Below are positions 18,266 through 27,290 of a DNA stretch of 61,534 nucleotides, piece after piece. The position numbers and the translations under genes are program-made. The stretch is from the NCBI GenBank assembly GCA_964615635.1, contig CAZTQK010000001.1:22790-84323 (forward strand), read 5' to 3'. The DNA is from an uncultured Planctomycetales bacterium (GTDB lineage Bacteria > Planctomycetota > Phycisphaerae > UBA1845 > PWPN01). Every line of letters starts with the position of its first letter. Within the stretch, counting starts at the first letter, position 1. The notes below the pieces were generated by a model that did not search any database, was not told the origin of the DNA, and saw only the letters and a program-made list of their open reading frames with translations.

Positions 18266-20733
18266 ATATCGAAAACGCTGGCAAGAAGATTGATTCGATC
18301 GAGGTATCGATTAGCTATCGTATCATTGAGTTGTTTTCGGCAGGTCTTTATTCAAGTCCCAATAAGGCCTTTGAGGAACTCGTCTGTAATTCGTATGACG
18401 CGTTTGCAGATCAGGTGGCGGTCTATGTGTCCCCAGATCTCGCTGCGGACGATGCCTGTATTTGGGTTTGTGATAATGGGGAAGGCATGGATCGCAAAGA
18501 ACTTAAGGACCTGTGGATGGTTGGAACGTCCTTCAAGCGAGTCGATGCTAAACGTGATAAGCGGCGACTGCAAATCGGACAATTCGGAATTGGCAAGCTT
18601 GCTACGTATGTCCTGGCAAACAGACTCACATATTTGTGCAAGAAAGGCGATAAATATCTGGCCGCAACGATGGACTACCAGCTGATCAAAGACAACGATA
18701 AAGAGAAACTCCTACTTGATGAGCGCGAACTCACTGCAACAGAAGCAGAGCAGTCAATCCAGCAATACCTACTCACTGGAGGGAAGAGCTATGTTCCATT
18801 TGACATGTTCGGCAAGAAAGCTCAGAAGTCATGGACATTTGCTATCATGACCTCCCTCAAGACTAAGGCATCCGAGATAAGAGAAGGCCGACTGAAATGG
18901 GTTTTGCGCACAGCACTTCCTCTGAATCCAGGATTCAGGCTTCACTATAATGGGGTTCTAGTTGAATCCTCCAAGATAAACAAGAAGCTGATGAAATCAT
19001 GGGTTCTGGGAAAGAATGACTCTGTGGCGGAATCGCTCGATTTTGCGAATTGCCGCACGACGCGGAAGGATCACTACATTGATTTCGATGCACTTCAGGG
19101 AGTATATGGCCGAATTGAGTTGTACGAGGATTCGTTGGTCGACTCCACAAAGTCAGCAGGTCTCGGTCGCAGTCACGGGATCTTTCTTCTTGTGCGGGAT
19201 CGTCTGATAAATATCGACGACCCGTTGCTCGGTATGGAGGCGTTCTCACATGGGGCATTCAATCGCACAAGAATGGTGATCCACGCAGATGGACTTGATA
19301 ACAACCTAACCTCCACACGTGAATCCATTAAGGATTCGGTACCCTTTCGGCAGCTGAAGGAATACCTGAAGAAGAAGTTCAATAACGAAGTTCGGAAGCA
19401 CTACTTCGAGGAGGAGATTAAGCGGGATCGACAGCGAAGCATAGATTACCGCATGTCTCAGACGTCGCTTACCTTGTCAAAACGCCCGCTCATCGTTTTT
19501 GCCGAGAAGTTCTATGACAATAAAATTAAGAGTCCACTCTTAATTCAAAAGCCTAACAAGGAGAAAAGAACGGAGCTCCTTTCGAATCTTCGGGATGACT
19601 TGACCACCGAGCAATCACTCATAAAGGATATCGAATGGAGTATATTGGACATCGGGGAACCAATCGCCAAGCTCGACCTAGAAAGTCGCGTGCTCAAGAT
19701 GAATTTGATGCATCCATATATCGCCAACTATAACGATGCCTATAAGAGCACGCTGCCGCTTGAGTTTATGGCGATCACCGAGGTGTTGACAGAAGCTTAT
19801 CTCTATGAACAGGGAATTGACGAAGCGCTGGTGAACTTCATTATGAAGAGACGCGACAATACACTAAGGGAGTTGTCATTATCCGACCGTGAAGGTGCGC
19901 CGGCAGTAGCGCAGATGCTAAAGGACTCGGTAGCAGACAGTACCGGACTTGAGGATGCAGTATATAGGGCATTTCTGTCATTAGGTCTTGAAGTAACTAA
20001 GATCGGCGGGAATGGCAAACCTGACGGCAAAGCAGAGGCGATTCTTGGTTACAGCAGCGCGTCGCAATCAAATAACTTTTCGTTCACATATGACGCTAAA
20101 AGCACTTCAAAAGAGAGGATTCAGGCAGGGACCGCCAAATTGTCGACAATACTGCGTCATAAGAAAGATTACGGGGCTGATTATGCTGTGGTTGTAGCTA
20201 TTGATTTTGAGGGGGCAAATGACGATAAGAGCGCTATTGCGAAAGAGTGCAAACAACAAAGAGTGACGGCCATCCGAGTTGTTGATTTGATTCGGATTCT
20301 CCTACTGTCCGCACCGAAGCAGATCGGCCTTGCAAAACTAAAGGAAATGTTCGACTCATGCTATTCGCCTGCAGAGGTATGCTCTTGGATTGATTGTGTG
20401 GAAGGATGTACAGTTAATCCAGGACCAATTAAAGAAGTACTTACTACTATTTATTCGCTCCAAAAGGATGACACGGAACCGCCAGAGCTTGCCTCCGTTC
20501 GTCAGAAATTGATTACAGATTACAAGACCACACTCTCCAAGTCTGACATTCGATCGATTTTGGAGAGTCTTCAAGTATTTGTCCCTGGCTTCATAAGCAT
20601 CGAAGGCGAAAAAGTCGGAATCAAAGCGAGACCTGATCGGGTGCAAGATGTGATTTCAAGTACCATTAACAACATTCCGAGTAACATTCAGAAGATGTAC
20701 TTGAAGGCGTTCTCTGTGAAATCTAAGAAATGA
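18262..20733 (+). CDS. GHKL (HATPase_c_3 / MORC-like) ATPase fused to a C-terminal PD-(D/E)xK restriction-endonuclease-like domain
   Basis: N-box EELVCNSYDA, G1 VCDNGEGMD, G2 GQFGIGKLA. C-terminal GNGKPDGKAEA...FSFTYDAKSTS is Mrr-like (D...D/E-x-K). The ATG overlaps the methyltransferase stop (ATGA). Confidence 0.8.
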   Translation: MNIENAGKKIDSIEVSISYRIIELFSAGLYSSPNKAFEELVCNSYDAFADQVAVYVSPDLAADDACIWVCDNGEGMDRKELKDLWMVGTSFKRVDAKRDKRRLQIGQFGIGKLATYVLANRLTYLCKKGDKYLAATMDYQLIKDNDKEKLLLDERELTATEAEQSIQQYLLTGGKSYVPFDMFGKKAQKSWTFAIMTSLKTKASEIREGRLKWVLRTALPLNPGFRLHYNGVLVESSKINKKLMKSWVLGKNDSVAESLDFANCRTTRKDHYIDFDALQGVYGRIELYEDSLVDSTKSAGLGRSHGIFLLVRDRLINIDDPLLGMEAFSHGAFNRTRMVIHADGLDNNLTSTRESIKDSVPFRQLKEYLKKKFNNEVRKHYFEEEIKRDRQRSIDYRMSQTSLTLSKRPLIVFAEKFYDNKIKSPLLIQKPNKEKRTELLSNLRDDLTTEQSLIKDIEWSILDIGEPIAKLDLESRVLKMNLMHPYIANYNDAYKSTLPLEFMAITEVLTEAYLYEQGIDEALVNFIMKRRDNTLRELSLSDREGAPAVAQMLKDSVADSTGLEDAVYRAFLSLGLEVTKIGGNGKPDGKAEAILGYSSASQSNNFSFTYDAKSTSKERIQAGTAKLSTILRHKKDYGADYAVVVAIDFEGANDDKSAIAKECKQQRVTAIRVVDLIRILLLSAPKQIGLAKLKEMFDSCYSPAEVCSWIDCVEGCTVNPGPIKEVLTTIYSLQKDDTEPPELASVRQKLITDYKTTLSKSDIRSILESLQVFVPGFISIEGEKVGIKARPDRVQDVISSTINNIPSNIQKMYLKAFSVKSKK

Positions 20734-20827
20734 TCTCAAAGTAGCCCGCATAGCCTACGTGAAGCTTCTGGCAATCTGGGCTTGCTTGGTGTAAGATCAA
20801 GGAATCGGAGGGTTATCCATTGCGTCT

Positions 20828-22033
20828 ATGCAGCAAATCGAAAAGGTCTTGGCCATTGCCAACAAACACAACCTCTACCCGAAACCGCCTATTGTCCGGG
20901 TCGCTCCGTCCGAGCCTTTGATTGAACTCGACGGACAAACCTATTTCAATTTCGCATCTAACAACTACCTTGGCCTTGCCAACCACCCCGAAATCAAACA
21001 AGCAGTTATTAAGGGCATAGAGCAGTACGGCGTGGGAACGTGCGCTTCCAGGCTTGCCATAGGGAACACGGAGGCGCACTTGACACTCGAACGCAGGCTC
21101 AGCGAGTTTCTGGGAGTGGAAGACGTGGTAGTCACTTCAAGCGGATACCTCACCAACGTTGGCGTGATACCGACCGTCATCGACCGGGCATTTCTATTTG
21201 AGCACAAGGCAAAGGAGAAGATCGACTTCGGCGTCATCTTCAGCGACGAGAAAAACCATGCCAGCATCGTGGACGGCATCCGGCTGTCCCGGGCCGAGCG
21301 GGTCGTATACGAGCACTGCAATATGGAAGACCTTGACCGCAAGATGAAGCCCTACCGCAACCGGAGAAAGCTGATTGTCTCCGATGCCGTCTTCAGCGTG
21401 GACGGCGACGTTGCGCCGCTCAACGGGCTCGTTGCCCTTAAGGAGCGGTACGGCGCGTTGCTGATGCTCGACGAAGCCCATTCGTTCGGTACGCTCGGAA
21501 CCAAAGGAAAGGGAATCGCGGAATATTATGGAGTTGATCCCAGAGCCATCGACATAAATATGGGGACGCTAAGTAAGGCGCTTGGCTCCGTCGGCGGATA
21601 CATTGCTGGGAGCAAAGCACTTATAGATTTCGTCCGGGCGGCGGCTTCTCCTTTTGTCTTGACGGCCGGTCCCATGGCTCCCGCTCTGGCTCTGGGCGCG
21701 GCAAAGGCGGTAGACATTATCGACAGCCGCCCCGAGATCGTGGAGCGTCTGCGGTACAACGTCTCGTACGTGAAAAAGGGGCTTGACGCACTCGGCATAC
21801 CGTACCGGTCCCACAGCCAGATCATCATGATACCGGTCGGGGACGAAGAAAAGCTCGTATCAATGTCTCATGACCTCAAGGAACAGGGCGTGTTGGTTTC
21901 CGGCATGCGTTGGCCCGCAGCTCCGTGGGGCGACTCCCGCATCAGAGTTTCCGTCATAGCAACCCACACGGACAAACAGATGGATGCCCTGCTCAAGGCG
22001 CTCGGAGAGATCAAGAACCGCATAACCGCCTAA
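20828..22033 (+). CDS. PLP-dependent alpha-oxoamine synthase family enzyme (BioF / Kbl / SPT / CqsA family)
   Basis: NNYLGLANHP, DEAHSFGTLG, and the PLP-lysine motif GTLSKALGSVGGY. 401 aa. Confidence 0.85.
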   Translation: MQQIEKVLAIANKHNLYPKPPIVRVAPSEPLIELDGQTYFNFASNNYLGLANHPEIKQAVIKGIEQYGVGTCASRLAIGNTEAHLTLERRLSEFLGVEDVVVTSSGYLTNVGVIPTVIDRAFLFEHKAKEKIDFGVIFSDEKNHASIVDGIRLSRAERVVYEHCNMEDLDRKMKPYRNRRKLIVSDAVFSVDGDVAPLNGLVALKERYGALLMLDEAHSFGTLGTKGKGIAEYYGVDPRAIDINMGTLSKALGSVGGYIAGSKALIDFVRAAASPFVLTAGPMAPALALGAAKAVDIIDSRPEIVERLRYNVSYVKKGLDALGIPYRSHSQIIMIPVGDEEKLVSMSHDLKEQGVLVSGMRWPAAPWGDSRIRVSVIATHTDKQMDALLKALGEIKNRITA

Positions 22034-22037
22034 GCGT

Positions 22038-24191
22038 ATGGTCGCGGTGTCGATCGCACTGGTTGCCATTCTCAGTCTCACGCTCGGCGTTCTCTCGCTG
22101 CGCGGAAGGGATCGCGTCAGGCTCACGTTCAGCATCTTCTCATTCATAGTCGCAGCCTGGGTTCTGGTCAACTTCGTATTCCAAGTTACGGGTGACGACG
22201 CATTAGTCCCCAGTTTCTACGCCTTGGGTGCACTAGCAATCTGCTCAGGTCTGATTTTCTCATTCTACTTTCTTTTCGAGCAAGTCCACCCGCTGGTTAC
22301 GATTTCAGTCTCGCTTCTTGGTCTCATCAACTTTGCCCTGTCCCTGTTTTCGGACCTGGTCATCAGACGTGTTCTCAAAGTGTATGCAACCGGCTATGAG
22401 GCTGAAACCGGGCCGTACTTTTTGGGGTATTCCCTTTTCATCGTTGCCGGAGTCCTGGCTTTCTTTGTCGTCATGTCATACCAGCGACGGCGGTCCGAGG
22501 GTATCAAACGCAACCAGATCAGCTGGATCATGGCGGGCTTCGGCGCCTTCGGCCTCGTCACGGCAGTCGTAAGCTTCATCCTGCCGCTTTTTGGGGTGTG
22601 GAACCTGACCTCCTTTGACAGCCCGAGCGCGATCTTTTTCGTTTTGGCGTCCTTTTACGCCATTACCCGGTACCGCCTTTTCGATCTTCGCATCGTCGTC
22701 AGGAAGTCAGTCTTCTATCTCATGCTCGCGGTCTTCGTTTTCGTTGTCTACTACCTCAACGTCTATCTGGACGAGAACGTGTTCGGCGGCCAGTATACGG
22801 TCGGCGCGTACCTGTCTGCCCTGGTCATCGCGCCGTTGTTCCTCTATGCATTCAGCGCCGTGAGCAAGTTCCTGCAAAAGGTGGTAAATAAGTACTTCTT
22901 CACCAGCCTTTATGACCCGCAGGCGACTATCAAAGAGTTCGCGAGCAGGATTTCCCAGACTATCAGGCTCGACGAGGTGACGGCAGTCATACTCGACACG
23001 ATCCAGAATACGCTCCGGTCAGATGCCGTGGCGCTCGTTCTTAAAGAGAAACCCGACAAGAACCGTTTTGCGGTGGTACAGACAAGGCAGTTCGATGCGG
23101 CAAGCCTTGAAACGCTTAATGCCCGCGAACCCTTCAGGGACTACGTGATGCCAAGCCGCCAGCCTGTCATCGTTGAGGAGGCGGCGGCCGGGCAACGGGG
23201 GACTCCGGAACTTCGAAACGCGTTTACATCGCTAAAACACTCGGGTATGGAAGTTCTGCTACCGCTGAATGTGAAAGACAGCCTCATCGGCGTGGTAGTC
23301 ATAGGTCGCAAGGCTACCAAGGAGGCGTACACCAAAGAGGACATCGAGCTTTTGGGAACACTTGCCAACCAGGCGTCCGTTGCGGTCCAAAACGCCCGTC
23401 TCTACAACTCCATGGAAGAGATCGTTGCAGAGCAGACGCGGGATATAAAGGAAAAGAACTTGCACTTGGAAGAACTCCTGAAGATGAAGTCCGAATTCCT
23501 TTCAATCGCGTCCCACCAGTTGCGGACACCATTGACGGCAATCCGGGGCCTTTTGTCGATGCAGGCTGACGGAGATCTCGACAGGCTTCCGGAAGACCAG
23601 CGACGGCAAGAACAACGCCACATGCTTGCCGCGGCAGACCACCTGAACAACATAGTAAACGACCTGCTTGACGCCATGGAGCTTGAGGGCGGCCAGACGG
23701 CAGTGAACTTCGCTCCGGTCGACCTTGGGGCACTTATCGCGGAGGCGATAGGGGAACTGAAGCCGGATTTCGACAAGAAAGGTCTGAGCATTACCTTTGA
23801 AAAGCCTGCCCAGCCAGTCCCGGCCGTACCCGGGGAAACAAAATACCTGCGGGAGGCAGTCATGGACGTGATCGACAATGCGGAGAAGTATACCAACAAG
23901 GGCGGAGTAACGATCAGCCTTTCGAGCGACGGCGCGAACGCGGCAGTCACGGTCAAGGACACCGGCATCGGAATACCGAAATCCGACTTTCCGAGGCTGT
24001 TCAAAAAGTTTTCCCGGGGCGAGCGATCTGCGTTCCAGCACGCCAACGGCTCTGGCCTTGGGCTCTTTATTATCCGCAACATTATGAACCGGCACCACGG
24101 CGACGTGCGGATCGAAAGCGAAGGCGAGGGCAAGGGAACTACCGTCACTCTTACCGTGCCGTTGAAGCAGCCCAAAGTCGCGCGTAACTGA
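22038..24191 (+). CDS. Sensor histidine kinase (N-terminal multi-TM 7TM-type sensor, GAF, HisKA, HATPase_c)
   Basis: About 8 hydrophobic helices in the first 300 aa. H-box FLSIASHQLRTPLTAI, N-box VIDNAEKYT, G1 VKDTGIGIP, G2 GSGLGLFI. Confidence 0.9.
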   Translation: MVAVSIALVAILSLTLGVLSLRGRDRVRLTFSIFSFIVAAWVLVNFVFQVTGDDALVPSFYALGALAICSGLIFSFYFLFEQVHPLVTISVSLLGLINFALSLFSDLVIRRVLKVYATGYEAETGPYFLGYSLFIVAGVLAFFVVMSYQRRRSEGIKRNQISWIMAGFGAFGLVTAVVSFILPLFGVWNLTSFDSPSAIFFVLASFYAITRYRLFDLRIVVRKSVFYLMLAVFVFVVYYLNVYLDENVFGGQYTVGAYLSALVIAPLFLYAFSAVSKFLQKVVNKYFFTSLYDPQATIKEFASRISQTIRLDEVTAVILDTIQNTLRSDAVALVLKEKPDKNRFAVVQTRQFDAASLETLNAREPFRDYVMPSRQPVIVEEAAAGQRGTPELRNAFTSLKHSGMEVLLPLNVKDSLIGVVVIGRKATKEAYTKEDIELLGTLANQASVAVQNARLYNSMEEIVAEQTRDIKEKNLHLEELLKMKSEFLSIASHQLRTPLTAIRGLLSMQADGDLDRLPEDQRRQEQRHMLAAADHLNNIVNDLLDAMELEGGQTAVNFAPVDLGALIAEAIGELKPDFDKKGLSITFEKPAQPVPAVPGETKYLREAVMDVIDNAEKYTNKGGVTISLSSDGANAAVTVKDTGIGIPKSDFPRLFKKFSRGERSAFQHANGSGLGLFIIRNIMNRHHGDVRIESEGEGKGTTVTLTVPLKQPKVARN

Positions 24192-24199
24192 CTTTTCCT

Positions 24200-24586
24200 A
24201 TGGATATCTTGAAAGCATCAATCCTGCTTATCGAAGACGACCCGCTCTTGTATGACATGTACAAGATCAAGTTTGACCTTGCAGGTCTGCGATTGCTCGT
24301 AGCCCACGGCGGATACGAAGGGCTCGCAATGGCCAAGAAAGAGCGGCCCGATCTCATTCTTCTTGACATCCGCATGGACGATCTTGACGGTTTCGAGGTT
24401 TTGAAACGCCTGAAGGCTGATCCGTCGCTGTCGACCATTCCGGTGTTTCTTCTTACCAACATGGGCGAAAAGGACAATGCCCAGCGGGGCAAAGAGCTCG
24501 GTGCCGAGGGATACATCATGAAAGCAAAGCTCCTGCCGCAGGATCTTATCGACTTGGTCACCGAACGCCTCAAGAAGATAAAGTAA
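24200..24586 (+). CDS. Stand-alone response-regulator receiver (CheY-like)
   Basis: ILLIEDDPLL, LILLDIRMDDLDGFEVL, PVFLLTN, GYIMKA. Confidence 0.9.
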   Translation: MDILKASILLIEDDPLLYDMYKIKFDLAGLRLLVAHGGYEGLAMAKKERPDLILLDIRMDDLDGFEVLKRLKADPSLSTIPVFLLTNMGEKDNAQRGKELGAEGYIMKAKLLPQDLIDLVTERLKKIK

Positions 24587-24596
24587 TGCCAATACT

Positions 24597-25022
24597 ATGA
24601 CACACCCGGCAGTCCTTCTCATCGACGATGACCCCATTTTGATCGAAATGTATACGACGAAGTTCCGGCTAGACGGCCGTATCAGGCTTCTCACCGCGCT
24701 GACGCCGGGACAGGGGATCGAAATGGCATCGACTGAGCACCCCGGTCTCATTCTGCTCGACCTTGTCATGCCGAAATCAGACAAACGATTCGGGCGTTTG
24801 AACGAAGAGGTAGGGTTTCATGTTCTGGAAACGCTGAAGGCACACCCGAAGACTAAGGAAATTCCGGTGGTGATTTTCACCAATCTGGATGAACGCACCA
24901 AGGGGTATCCTGAACTTGCGAAACAGATGGGCGCACTCGATTACTGGGTCAAGGCACACTACCAGCCGAACCAGGTGGTTGACCGAGTGCACCGGCTTTT
25001 GGAGCAGAATGCCCGGGGATAG
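24597..25022 (+). CDS. Stand-alone response-regulator receiver with an insertion after the phospho-acceptor Asp
   Basis: VLLIDDDPIL, LILLDLVMPKSDKRFGRLNEEVGFHVL, PVVIFTN, DYWVKA. Confidence 0.85.
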   Translation: MTHPAVLLIDDDPILIEMYTTKFRLDGRIRLLTALTPGQGIEMASTEHPGLILLDLVMPKSDKRFGRLNEEVGFHVLETLKAHPKTKEIPVVIFTNLDERTKGYPELAKQMGALDYWVKAHYQPNQVVDRVHRLLEQNARG

Positions 25023-25131
25023 TTCATCAAAACTCGATCTACAACTATTGCCGCATCAGCAACTGTTTGTGTTTCTCAAATGGAATTCGATCTTGATGTT
25101 TGAAGCGAAGGGTGGGGACATCTGACTCGCT

Positions 25132-26280
25132 CTATTGGCTTAACTTGTACCAAATCCAGTCCCAGTCCTTCAATAGTTTCAAGAACGTCAGTATCATGGA
25201 TAAAGTCAAGCCGAGCGCCAGAAACGGAGTTTGTTCCTTCTCGAACAGTAGACCGGCGATATACTGGGTAATGAACATGATTGGGCGAAGCACAAAGCCA
25301 AGGAAGAGAATTGTTACGGTGTAGACGACAACTGGTAGATACGCCGTTAGCAGGAGGGGGGTCACCTGCCAACGTGCGGAATCGGTAGATATAGAAACGG
25401 TCAGTATTTCAGAAAGCCATAAGGCTGATTGATACATTTCAGCAGAGAGTCCCGCGTGCTCCTCGTTGCTTATCAAAATCAATGTTGTTAGTTCAATGAC
25501 AGAAACCAAAGAGGCGGCAGCAAGCGCACACAGGGCAGCCCATATCATCTTAGCCGAGGATCGCGATCCGATACGAAAGATTATTATAGATATGGCGATT
25601 GTCGTTACTGTGAACGGTAAATGTATAAGGCTAATCGTGAACGGCGAAGGCAACGTTAATGCGTACGATGACGTATGAGTCGCAGCCAAGGCACAATAGG
25701 AAAGGGCGCCATTGACAAATACTACCGGGGCTAAGAAATCGTAGATTGCGAGCGGAAGGATATACAGCTCCAATAGAGGTTTGATTTCGGGATTTGTAAG
25801 CGGAAGCAACCCGCTTTCAGCAACGAGTCGAATCGCAAACAAACCTAGCCACAGCCAAGCGTAGGGCATCAGGCCGGTAATAAGAATGGAGGGCATCCAT
25901 GCGTGTAGTTCGGATGTGAAGAGAACTTGCCCAGCTACCATTGCTACTAGCCACGCGACGATAGTAAAAGCAATGTAGCGTGCTGATTTCATCGGGTGCT
26001 CGAATGCAGTATGAAGGACCATTGAGCGACCAAGCGATGTGTAGATAGCCCATAATCCTCTAATCCATTTGAATATGTTCTGTTGCCACGCAAAAGCTGA
26101 GAGGGTTGACAGTTTTGATTCGATGGAGTGTAGTCGTGCGAGAATCGCTTTGCGATGGCTCTTTCTGAGCAACCAATCTATTAGAGTACCCAAAGCGCTC
26201 AGAACAAAGCAAAGCATGAATACTGTAGGCCAGCTCCAAAATTCAGGAACAGCCGAACTAGGATCGATTTCAGGGTTCAC
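25132..26280 (-). CDS. Polytopic membrane protein, unknown function
   Basis: 382 aa ORF with roughly 9-10 hydrophobic helices and no recognisable motif. It is the last gene of the co-directional block headed by the serine recombinase. Confidence 0.6.
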   Translation of the reverse strand: MNPEIDPSSAVPEFWSWPTVFMLCFVLSALGTLIDWLLRKSHRKAILARLHSIESKLSTLSAFAWQQNIFKWIRGLWAIYTSLGRSMVLHTAFEHPMKSARYIAFTIVAWLVAMVAGQVLFTSELHAWMPSILITGLMPYAWLWLGLFAIRLVAESGLLPLTNPEIKPLLELYILPLAIYDFLAPVVFVNGALSYCALAATHTSSYALTLPSPFTISLIHLPFTVTTIAISIIIFRIGSRSSAKMIWAALCALAAASLVSVIELTTLILISNEEHAGLSAEMYQSALWLSEILTVSISTDSARWQVTPLLLTAYLPVVVYTVTILFLGFVLRPIMFITQYIAGLLFEKEQTPFLALGLTLSMILTFLKLLKDWDWIWYKLSQ

Positions 26281-26438
26281 GTCGTTTGGAGTTTCCGAGA
26301 TGTTTTAGTGATTCTACCACGCTGACAATGTGCGGCATACGCATTCAATAATCAACAAAAACCACGATCGCTTAAGGCAGGTCGTGGTTTGAAGGAGGGG
26401 TGGCGAATCAGAGCGGGATCTTGTAAAGCTGTTTGTCA

Positions 26439-27218
26439 TTACTCATACCCGCGCTTTCGGAGCAGTCTGGCGATAAGATTCGCTAATCCGAGGGATAAAA
26501 TCGTCATGACACTTAGCAAGCCTAAAACTACGGGTAGAATTGCAAGGGTGCTGACAAAGGAAATAGGAAATGCTATTGCAGAATCCAATCCTATTCCAGC
26601 CACAACACTCTGTTTCCAATCGCCGGTAAGAGCATATAGGACCAGGGAATAGAAAGCGCTTGCGGCTGCACCGAGAATAACCAGATATGTCACCGGGAAT
26701 GAGGAGATGTAGAAGACGAGCGTTAGGACGATGACCATAGGTCCCCATTTCGTAAGCGCATTCCGGAGCAGGCGGTGTTGTGGGGCCGCTAGGGCAAGGA
26801 CCCATCGCAAATACAGCATGTACAAGGGGCCAATGATGGCATCCCACCATCGAGAAACAGCGAACGGAAGTGTGACAGTGAAATCTCCGACGATGTGAAT
26901 CGACGTAACTTCTTGGATGGGAATATTGGAAAACCATCGTACCGTGCCCCAAAACAACAGAATAAGAACGGCGCTGGCCGTCATGATAACCAACGGGGTA
27001 GTGCCGTCAAACGTGCGATGCACTATTTCCTCCTTTCTGATTCTAATTGTGAAAATGTGCGTTGAATGGTTACTCGGACCTTTGACCGTAGCAATAAGTG
27101 ACCTATCTGTCAAGCTGGAGAGAGAGTCGGTGGGATTGTCCGTGCCTCGATCGTTACGGTAGAAGATCCAGTCGGGAAAGAGAAAAGGGGCCGCAGTATT
27201 CACATGGAGTTGCCTCAT
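26439..27218 (-). CDS. Membrane protein, unknown function
   Basis: 259 aa. A soluble ~75 aa N-terminus is followed by 5-6 hydrophobic helices. Confidence 0.55.
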   Translation of the reverse strand: MRQLHVNTAAPFLFPDWIFYRNDRGTDNPTDSLSSLTDRSLIATVKGPSNHSTHIFTIRIRKEEIVHRTFDGTTPLVIMTASAVLILLFWGTVRWFSNIPIQEVTSIHIVGDFTVTLPFAVSRWWDAIIGPLYMLYLRWVLALAAPQHRLLRNALTKWGPMVIVLTLVFYISSFPVTYLVILGAAASAFYSLVLYALTGDWKQSVVAGIGLDSAIAFPISFVSTLAILPVVLGLLSVMTILSLGLANLIARLLRKRGYE

Positions 27219-27290
27219 CCGGCAACTTTTCAGCCCTTTGAAGGTGGATAGGTATGCGCTACAGTGCTGACATGAATACGAAGAGCTATG

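Noticed and set aside
20828-22033. Assigning the gene symbol bioF (or kbl) to the alpha-oxoamine synthase
   Set aside because: The family is clear, but the subfamily cannot be decided by eye. The genomic context (mobile island, coupled sensor kinase, no bio genes) argues against a simple housekeeping call.
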